A program made the position numbers and the translations under genes. From Treponema sp. (lineage in GTDB: Bacteria > Spirochaetota > Spirochaetia > Treponematales > Breznakiellaceae): a stretch of 64,000 nt of DNA. The notes under the pieces were generated by a model, which saw only the letters and a program-made list of their open reading frames with translations, did no database searches and was not told where the DNA came from. The stretch spans positions 12,602-76,601 of the forward strand of contig JAITLC010000148.1 of assembly GCA_031278095.1 (NCBI GenBank), written 5' to 3'. This document shows, in pieces, positions 1 to 6,828 of the stretch; within the stretch, counting starts at the first letter, position 1, and the number at the start of each line of letters is the position of its first letter.

Positions 1-10
1 AACCGTATTT

Positions 11-169
11 TTACACCGGAGAAAACATGTCTTTTCCTACACCGCAGAGCGGGCATACCCAGTCATCGGGAATGTCTTCAAAGGGAGTACCGGGCTTTAT
101 TCCGCCGTCAGAATCGCCGATCGCAGGGTCGTAGACATAGCCGCACGCATTGCATACATATTTTTTCAT
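11..169 (-). CDS. Rubredoxin (52 aa)
   Basis: Absent from the ORF track because it is under 60 aa. The reverse complement of 11-169 reads ATG..TAA and gives [52 protein letters not shown]. It has the two rubredoxin Cys pairs (CxxCG and CPxCG) and the aromatic core. GAAGGAG lies 7 nt upstream of the ATG. Confidence 0.9.
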   Translation of the reverse strand: MKKYVCNACGYVYDPAIGDSDGGIKPGTPFEDIPDDWVCPLCGVGKDMFSPV

Positions 170-199
170 GACAAACTCCTTCAATTCCATTGAGACGTT

Positions 200-295
200 C
201 AGGGAAACGCTGATTAAATGACGCCAATCAGCGTTTCCTTTGCCGCATTAAAGCGGCGCCGATCCGTTCCCGATTGAATATAAATACTTCCTTGG
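200..295 (+). repeat. Intergenic repeat element, copy A (13-bp perfect hairpin plus conserved downstream boxes)
   Basis: The hairpin is GGAAACGCTGATT (203-215), loop AAATGACGCC, AATCAGCGTTTCC (226-238). It is followed by the boxes CCGCATTAAAG and TTCCCGATTGAATA. The same blocks occur in the same order and orientation at 20234-20357. Confidence 0.7.
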
Positions 296-454
296 CATCT
301 GACCGCAAAGCCGGTTACTTTGCAGACAGATCATTTTAAGATAGTCTGTCTATAGTGCGTCTACATTATGGACAAACTCTATTTATAAGTTTCGCATATA
401 CTGAAACCGCTTTTCAAGGAAAAATAGAGATTTTTCAAAAATTCGGGAGGGAAC

Positions 455-1072
455 ATGAATACCCAGCCAATCGGCGACATTTTGACTGTATGCAGGCGTA
501 TGGATGCAAGGGGTCTGGTGAATGCCTTTGAAGGCAACATTTCGGCGCTGCAGGACAGTTTCATCTATATAACTCCTTCGGGTAAAAACAAGGCCTTTCT
601 CGATGAAGGCATGATCGCCGTCCTGGAAGAGGGCAGCCTCAAACAGGTGGGAGGAAAATTTCCCCCCTCATCGGAACTGCTGTTGCATACCCAGTCATAC
701 AGGGCCAGAGCCGACGTTAAGGCGGTGATTCACTGTCATGCACCGTACTTGACGGCCTTTGCCCTGAATCGCCGGTCCCTGGAAAGCAGGGCATACCCGG
801 AGATGATGCATATCTTTAAAAAAATTCCGGTGGCTTCTTACGGCAGGCCGGGGACTCCGGATATCTTTACCGGGGCTGCGGAACTTGTCAAAAAGCATAA
901 TGCGATTCTCCTTGCCAATCACGGAGTGCTGGTACTTGGCAAAGACATCTACGATGCGATGAACAGAATTGAAGCCTGCGAATCCATCGCACGGGTTCTG
1001 TTTCTGGCCGAAAGCATCGGAAAACCCGTAGATCTGCCCGAAGAAGAGTGCGCGTTTCTGCTGGCAAAGTAA
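455..1072 (+). CDS. Class II aldolase/adducin-family protein (FucA / MtnB-like)
   Basis: 205-aa ORF with GGGAGGG before the ATG. It has the zinc-ligand region VIHCHAPYLTAFAL and LLANHGVLVLG, both typical of class II aldolases. Confidence 0.8.
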   Translation: MNTQPIGDILTVCRRMDARGLVNAFEGNISALQDSFIYITPSGKNKAFLDEGMIAVLEEGSLKQVGGKFPPSSELLLHTQSYRARADVKAVIHCHAPYLTAFALNRRSLESRAYPEMMHIFKKIPVASYGRPGTPDIFTGAAELVKKHNAILLANHGVLVLGKDIYDAMNRIEACESIARVLFLAESIGKPVDLPEEECAFLLAK

Positions 1073-1074
1073 AA

Positions 1075-2772
1075 CTACATCAAGTCCGCGTATTCGGCTT
1101 CGTAGCGTTTTAGCTGGGGATTGCCGGGATCCAGCGCAAGGGCCTGCTTGAGATAGTAGACTGCCCGGCGTCCGTCCCGGCGGCGGTGGTAGATTTCGAA
1201 CATGGAGATGATCGAATCAAGGTTCCGGGGATCCTCAAAGAGGCTGGAACGGAGATCGTTCATCACCGAATCTTCGTTAGTTCTGATACGGCTGCGCAGG
1301 TAGTAGTAGCGGCTCTTTACCGGGCCGCTCGGCGTCTGGTTAAGCCGGCTTTCGATCATCCTTCCCGCTTCGTCAATGCGGCCTGTATCAATAAGCGCGG
1401 AAAAATAGGAAATGGCTCCTTCATCATTGGCAGGATCCCGCTCGTAGAGTTCCCGTGCAAAGTTGAGAGAACGGGCATTGTTTCCCAGGCCTTTTTCCAC
1501 GGTATATGCATTGACAAGATCCCGAAAGGAACGGCGTTCATCGAGAAGCCGGTTCAGCCAGGGAAGGGCTTCCCGCCAGGCCTGCCGCCGGATCGCATCC
1601 TGAAGGGCCAGATCCAGCACAACCGGTGAAGGATTGGGGGCTTCCAGGAGGCTCCGGAGAAGCTGCCGCCCCTCGTTTTGATCCTCCGGGCGGCCTGATT
1701 CCATGAGGAGCTGGGCTGCATACACGGAAACTTCGTCATCCTGGACTGCGGAACGGAGGATGGAACGCAGATAGTTGAGGGCTGCGTCCCGGTTGCGGAA
1801 ACCTTCCGCCTGAACCCGCGCCCGCAGGAAAAGATAGAGCCTGTTATTGGGATTGATTCCCTGGTACAGATCCAGGGGAGCCTGGGCCTGGAGAAACTGG
1901 CCCTGTTCAACCAGTACCCGCGCCCTCATCAGAATGAATTCGGCGTCCTTGCTGTCCTTTTGGAGGATCTCCGCAATGGCGGGATCCGCGCGTGCCCAGT
2001 CGCCGTTCTGGTAGTAGGTAAGGGCAAGCTGTCTCTTTATGGAATGATAATCGGGATAACGGATCACAAGACCGGAAAGGAGCCGTAAGGCTTCCTGGTT
2101 TTGGCCCATTCTGAGCATTACCCGGGCAAGGCCCAGGGCGGCAGGGTAACACTCCGGGGAAAAGTCATAGCAGCGGCTAAAGGCCGCCACGGCCTCGTTG
2201 AGCCGTCCTGTTCTCTCGTATACGATGCCGATAAAGAAGGTCGCCAGCACGGAATTACTGTTCATGGCGCTTGCCTTCTGGAGATCCGGCAGGGCGGTGA
2301 GGAGCCTGTCGCCGGTTTCCCGGTAGAGAGCCAGGAAAGGCAGCACATATTCAAGATAGTCTCTTGATTCGGGAGAAGGAGGCGTATAATTTCCCTGTTC
2401 AGCTTCCCGGATAATTCTTGAATAGGCATGATTGGAGGGAAAATCCGGATTGGGAAGCTGGGTCTGAAGGTCGGGGTAAATCGTCCTGATAAGGATTACA
2501 TTGATGCCGTTCATGACCCGGCCGAATTCGGTTCCACCCAGATCCCGGCTGCGGATGAGATCCAGGGCCCGGAGCAAATTTGAAGGGATTCCCGATTCGG
2601 TGAGGCTCCGCAGTTCTTCGACAACGCCTCCCGGTGAGGCCGGCGGCTGGGAATTTACGGTATTTGAAACGCCGGGATCCGGCTTCCGGACTGCCGGTTT
2701 GGTTCCGCAGGAAAGGATGAGCAGGCTAAAAAAAAGTACGGGCCAGAGAAGGCTCCCGGCTCTAGGATGCAT
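1075..2772 (-). CDS. TPR-repeat lipoprotein
   Basis: Signal peptide plus lipobox (LLILSCG), then many TPR-like helical repeats. The ORF-track start at 2793 is a TTG; I prefer the ATG at 2772 (MHPRAGSLLW...). Confidence 0.7.
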   Translation of the reverse strand: MHPRAGSLLWPVLFFSLLILSCGTKPAVRKPDPGVSNTVNSQPPASPGGVVEELRSLTESGIPSNLLRALDLIRSRDLGGTEFGRVMNGINVILIRTIYPDLQTQLPNPDFPSNHAYSRIIREAEQGNYTPPSPESRDYLEYVLPFLALYRETGDRLLTALPDLQKASAMNSNSVLATFFIGIVYERTGRLNEAVAAFSRCYDFSPECYPAALGLARVMLRMGQNQEALRLLSGLVIRYPDYHSIKRQLALTYYQNGDWARADPAIAEILQKDSKDAEFILMRARVLVEQGQFLQAQAPLDLYQGINPNNRLYLFLRARVQAEGFRNRDAALNYLRSILRSAVQDDEVSVYAAQLLMESGRPEDQNEGRQLLRSLLEAPNPSPVVLDLALQDAIRRQAWREALPWLNRLLDERRSFRDLVNAYTVEKGLGNNARSLNFARELYERDPANDEGAISYFSALIDTGRIDEAGRMIESRLNQTPSGPVKSRYYYLRSRIRTNEDSVMNDLRSSLFEDPRNLDSIISMFEIYHRRRDGRRAVYYLKQALALDPGNPQLKRYEAEYADLM

Positions 2773-2802
2773 GGATAAGGCATACCCCCCCAAAAGCCTC
2801 CT

Positions 2803-3357
2803 TCACTTTTTCATCTCTCCGTTTTCTTTATTCGTCCCCACGGAGACGAGTATCAGGGTAAGCCCCGCCAGTACAAAGAGCAGAGGCCACCAACGAATCA
2901 TGAACTGGGTAAAGGAAAAAGGAACCACATCCAGGGAAAAGATCATCAGCGCCGAACCGAGGATAAGAAAGACGATTGAAGGCACCACATATCTGGAACG
3001 GAGGGTTCCGTAACGGCGCCAGCCTGCGGGGAAAAGGGCAATACCTGAGAACACGGAGATGAGGGGCCAGGATGTTGAAAAGGGAATGGGAAGCATCCCC
3101 AGTGCGGCCAGGAAAAGGAAGAGTCCCACCTGGAGAAAAAAGGCTGCAAAGAAGAGGTAGAGGGAACGTTTCTTGAGCTGGATGGCAAAAAAAGCCAAAA
3201 ACAGCCCCAGAACAACAAAAATAAAGGAGGTCAGCAGGGAAATCCGGGAAATATTGGTGAGTGTTATGATAAGAAAGACAGTTCCCAGAAACATGAGTAA
3301 AAGGCCGATAATAAAAAAAAGCTGTGCTGCGGTACGACGGGAAGCTATATGATGCAT
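2803..3357 (-). CDS. Integral membrane protein, unknown function
   Basis: 184 aa, almost entirely hydrophobic with about 6 predicted TM segments, and an ATG start. The overlapping 231-aa ORF in another frame is Pro/Ser/Cys-rich and looks non-coding. Confidence 0.6.
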   Translation of the reverse strand: MHHIASRRTAAQLFFIIGLLLMFLGTVFLIITLTNISRISLLTSFIFVVLGLFLAFFAIQLKKRSLYLFFAAFFLQVGLFLFLAALGMLPIPFSTSWPLISVFSGIALFPAGWRRYGTLRSRYVVPSIVFLILGSALMIFSLDVVPFSFTQFMIRWWPLLFVLAGLTLILVSVGTNKENGEMKK

Positions 3358-3422
3358 ATATACAGTATATCGATAAAAAGGTTCCTTGCCAATGAGGTTT
3401 CATCGTGTTAGGATTAAAAGAT

Positions 3423-4514
3423 ATGGGACCGGGGAAAGGACTTTTGTATTTTGCTCTGTTTTTTATAAGTTTTGTCATTATCTTTGCGGGCTGCCGGCCG
3501 GCGGAAAATCCGTGCAGGAACAAAGCCGGCGTTTCGTCACATCCCTATTATCTCGAAGTATCTTCCGGGCAGCGGGAGATCTTTGAGAATCTGTTCAGAC
3601 TCCTTTCGGAAAAAGACGGGGTTGGGGAAGACGTATTTGTCATTGTCCGTGAGATTGCCAATAACTATATCCGCATCAGGGAATACAGCAAGCTTATCAA
3701 CTTTCTTTCCGAAAGAACGGTCGAGTATCCTGATGATCCATACAACAGCTACTATCTTTTGACTATTGCCTACGCCTATCTCCAGCAGGAAGCCTACCCT
3801 GTAGCGGCCCGGTTCTTTGAGATAATTATAAAAAATTATCCGGATCTGACTGTCCGGGAAGAATCGATACACCTGGCCTGTCTCAACCAGCTTATCACCC
3901 TGGTAAATAATCCTGAACAGCGGGTCTGGTACTATCAGGAACTGATCTCCCGTTTCCCGGACAAGATTGACCTGGGGGTTTCCTACTTCATGCTTGCCCA
4001 GGCTTATGAATTGATAGGCGACTGGAACGGCGCCATCCAGGCCTATACCCAGTATCTGCCCTACATGGGCGCCGTGATTCCCGGTTTTCCCGATGCGGAT
4101 AACTATGCAAAGCAGTTGGTGGATTTCAACAATTCTCCCAAGGACTGGACTTTTGAAAACCTCAATGTGCTTTTGAATACGATACGTGCCGCGCTTGATT
4201 CGGGCTCCTCGGGGAGGCTCTGGCCTTACAGGGCCAAGGTAAATTTCTTTGCCCGTTCCTGGGAGCAGGAAGAAGCCGACGATTCGGGAATGGCGGAATT
4301 CAATCTTTCCGATTTTATGCGCGGAAACCGGATCTACTATGCCAAGGATCTTGCAGCCGGTTCCAATGCCAACGAGGCGTATCTGCGTACCTGGGGCTGG
4401 TCGCAGTATATCTCCGTCTGGTACTTCTACTTCCGCAAGATCTACTTTCCCCCGAATCCGGAGATTCACGGGCGCTGGGAATGGGCCGGGGTATACTACG
4501 GGGAGAAATTTTAA
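3423..4514 (+). CDS. Lipoprotein with TPR-like helical region, unknown function
   Basis: Signal peptide and lipobox (IIFAGC). The ATG at 3423 is preceded by AGGA, whereas the ORF-track start at 3405 is a GTG. The stop overlaps the next start (TAATG). Confidence 0.65.
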   Translation: MGPGKGLLYFALFFISFVIIFAGCRPAENPCRNKAGVSSHPYYLEVSSGQREIFENLFRLLSEKDGVGEDVFVIVREIANNYIRIREYSKLINFLSERTVEYPDDPYNSYYLLTIAYAYLQQEAYPVAARFFEIIIKNYPDLTVREESIHLACLNQLITLVNNPEQRVWYYQELISRFPDKIDLGVSYFMLAQAYELIGDWNGAIQAYTQYLPYMGAVIPGFPDADNYAKQLVDFNNSPKDWTFENLNVLLNTIRAALDSGSSGRLWPYRAKVNFFARSWEQEEADDSGMAEFNLSDFMRGNRIYYAKDLAAGSNANEAYLRTWGWSQYISVWYFYFRKIYFPPNPEIHGRWEWAGVYYGEKF

Positions 4515-5884
4515 TGCAGCGGGGGGAGAGTAAAAATAAAGTAAACACATATGGTGCGGCCGGTTTGACAGTGCTGCTGTTTCTGCTTGCAGTTTCGCTA
4601 ACGGCGGAAGAAACGGCAATAACGGACGGCAGTGACTCTGCACAGACAGGACTTCCGGCATCGCCTTATATACGGCCTTTGAGGGGGCAGTATTCTGCCG
4701 TGCCTGAAGAACTGAAAACATCTTACAGTTTTTTTACCTCTTCCCACTCCCTAAGTCTTTTTTATGATGAGGATAACGAACTGTATCAGCGCTATCTGAA
4801 ACAGTACACGTCCAAAGGCGGGAAGGAATGGCTTGAAGCCGTCATGAAACGCGCCGAACCCTACATCCCATTTATCCGTGAAGAAATTGAAAAAAGAGGG
4901 CTGCCCCCCGAACTGCTCTGCCTTCCGGTGGTTGAATCGGGTTACTCGGCAAAGGCCCGCAGCCGTTCGGGCGCCGTGGGGCTCTGGCAGTTCATGAAGA
5001 ACAGTATTTCTCCCTTTGATATGAAGGTGAATGAATGGGTGGACGAGAGACGGGATTTCTGGAAATCTACCGACGGAGCCCTGCGGAAACTGGAAGAAAA
5101 CTACAACTACTTTGGAGACTGGGCGCTGGCTCTGGCTGCCTACAATGCGGGCCTGGGGGCCGTAAGCCGGACGGTCAAACAGACCGGGATCGGCGACTAC
5201 TGGGAACTTTCCCGGCAGAAAAAGCTGAAGACGGAAACAATACACTATGTGCCGAAACTTTTGGCAGTGTCCCGTATACTCTTCAATCCCCGGCAGTACG
5301 GCATGGAACCTGTATGGCCCGGCAACTACCAATGGGTACGCATTCCCGTAGGACGGGCTGCAAGCCTCTCCCTCCTGGCCTCCGAAGCCGGAATGGATCA
5401 GGCTCTCCTGTTTATGGCAAACCAGGAACTTGAAACCGGCGTTACTCCCATTGATAAAAACTACCTTCTAAAGGTTCCCGCAAAAGATGCTGACAGTATC
5501 ACTGCGGTATTGGCCCGGAAGGACGTTGACCTTGTAAAGTACTACTCCCACACGATCCGTTCCGGGGACACCCTGCTGGCCCTGGCTCTCCATTACGGGG
5601 TATCGGTGAATCAGATTGAGGACATGAATCCGGGTATACAACCGAGATACCTCAGGATAGGGCGGCGGATCATAATCCCTGCGTTTAAGGAAGTGGGGCC
5701 CTACCGGCACAGGGCTGCTGCAGAGGAAAGAGCCTTTAGCGGGAATCATCTTGTCAAGAAAGGCGAATCCCTCTGGTCAATTGCGCTGGCCTACGATGTA
5801 GACCCGGAACTTTTGGCGGAAGCCAACAGTATGAGCATGGATTCCATTCTCGGGGAAGGCCGGAATCTGAAGGTACCGCAGTAA
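4514..5884 (+). CDS. Membrane-bound lytic murein transglycosylase with two LysM domains (MltD-like)
   Basis: SLT catalytic motif (VVESGYS...GAVGLWQFM, AYNAG), plus two C-terminal LysM-like repeats (HTIRSGDTLLALALHYGVSVNQIEDMNP and HLVKKGESLWSIALAYDVDPELLAEANS). The N-terminal signal/TM segment follows the ATG at 4514. Confidence 0.85.
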   Translation: MQRGESKNKVNTYGAAGLTVLLFLLAVSLTAEETAITDGSDSAQTGLPASPYIRPLRGQYSAVPEELKTSYSFFTSSHSLSLFYDEDNELYQRYLKQYTSKGGKEWLEAVMKRAEPYIPFIREEIEKRGLPPELLCLPVVESGYSAKARSRSGAVGLWQFMKNSISPFDMKVNEWVDERRDFWKSTDGALRKLEENYNYFGDWALALAAYNAGLGAVSRTVKQTGIGDYWELSRQKKLKTETIHYVPKLLAVSRILFNPRQYGMEPVWPGNYQWVRIPVGRAASLSLLASEAGMDQALLFMANQELETGVTPIDKNYLLKVPAKDADSITAVLARKDVDLVKYYSHTIRSGDTLLALALHYGVSVNQIEDMNPGIQPRYLRIGRRIIIPAFKEVGPYRHRAAAEERAFSGNHLVKKGESLWSIALAYDVDPELLAEANSMSMDSILGEGRNLKVPQ

Positions 5885-5898
5885 ATGAGGATTAAACT

Positions 5899-6801
5899 AT
5901 GAAACAGAGGAGGAGGAATTTTTTTTGGGGCAGTCTTTTTTCTCTGTGTGCCGTTCTGGTTTTTCCCCTGCCGGGAGAGGATATCGCCATAAGCGGGGGA
6001 ATTGCCTGGGAAAGTATGGAGATGAATGCAACGGTTTCCCTGAATCTGGCTTCCGCGGGACTGAAATTCCCCAACGGCAGGGTACAGGGTGAAGAACATA
6101 TCAGGGCCGCCTATCCCTCACTGATACAGTCCCTGCTTTCGGATATTCCGGTAGATTCTTCCCGGACTGTTGGAGATTTTATAAAGAGCGGCGGCTTGAG
6201 CATGGAGGCCCTTACAAATTTCGCTGCGGCGGCTTCCCTCTCTACTCCTGTCTTTTCTCCGGATCTGCTTTTACTCAGGGCCCCTTATACCCTAAAGCTT
6301 TCCGATCTGGGAGCCATGCTTCCGGGAAGCAGCCGTCCTGCAGAGATACTGCGCACCGTTGGTTCAAATCCTTCACCCGATTACACGGGCATCATCATCA
6401 TCGTTTCAAAACAGCTTCCCGCCCACGGCATGCGCAGCGCATACCTTGCCCGTCCCTGCATCTTTCCCAAAATCTGGGACACGGAAATGAATCTGATATT
6501 TGAAAAGAACATGCTCAAATCAGGACACTCAGGCCCGGTAGTCCGTTATGCAAAAGAGAGGGATATATTTCTTTCCACTCCTTCGGGCTTGAGTGAAGAA
6601 CTTGTCTCCCTGGCAGGGGAAAGGCCTCTGAGGATCATCGCACGGGAAATTTTCGGAAAGAGGCCTACAGACCCGGTTATCGACAGGGAAGACGCGCTGC
6701 TCATCACCGGGAATGAAAGAAACCGTGAACTGCTCCGGGAAGGCAAGGTAGTATTTGTGCTGGCGGATGAAGTTCTCAATGAAGCGCCTGGCGGCAATTA
6801 A
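5899..6801 (+). CDS. Secreted hypothetical protein
   Basis: 300 aa with GAGGA before the ATG and an N-terminal signal peptide (FFWGSLFSLCAVLVFPL). No motif recognised. Confidence 0.6.
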   Translation: MKQRRRNFFWGSLFSLCAVLVFPLPGEDIAISGGIAWESMEMNATVSLNLASAGLKFPNGRVQGEEHIRAAYPSLIQSLLSDIPVDSSRTVGDFIKSGGLSMEALTNFAAAASLSTPVFSPDLLLLRAPYTLKLSDLGAMLPGSSRPAEILRTVGSNPSPDYTGIIIIVSKQLPAHGMRSAYLARPCIFPKIWDTEMNLIFEKNMLKSGHSGPVVRYAKERDIFLSTPSGLSEELVSLAGERPLRIIAREIFGKRPTDPVIDREDALLITGNERNRELLREGKVVFVLADEVLNEAPGGN

Positions 6802-6828
6802 CGGCCCCGGGGACTCCAATGCCGGAAA

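Noticed and set aside
2828-3523. A 231-aa minus-strand ORF in an alternative frame over the membrane-protein gene.
   Set aside because: Its composition is Cys/Pro/Ser/Phe-rich with no TM pattern or motif. The 184-aa frame gives a coherent polytopic membrane protein with an ATG start.
3537-4721. A 394-aa minus-strand ORF overlapping the lipoprotein and MltD-like genes.
   Set aside because: It lies antisense to two ORFs with clear motifs (lipobox, SLT). Its translation is Pro/Gly/Arg-rich with no motif, which is typical of a shadow ORF in GC-moderate DNA.
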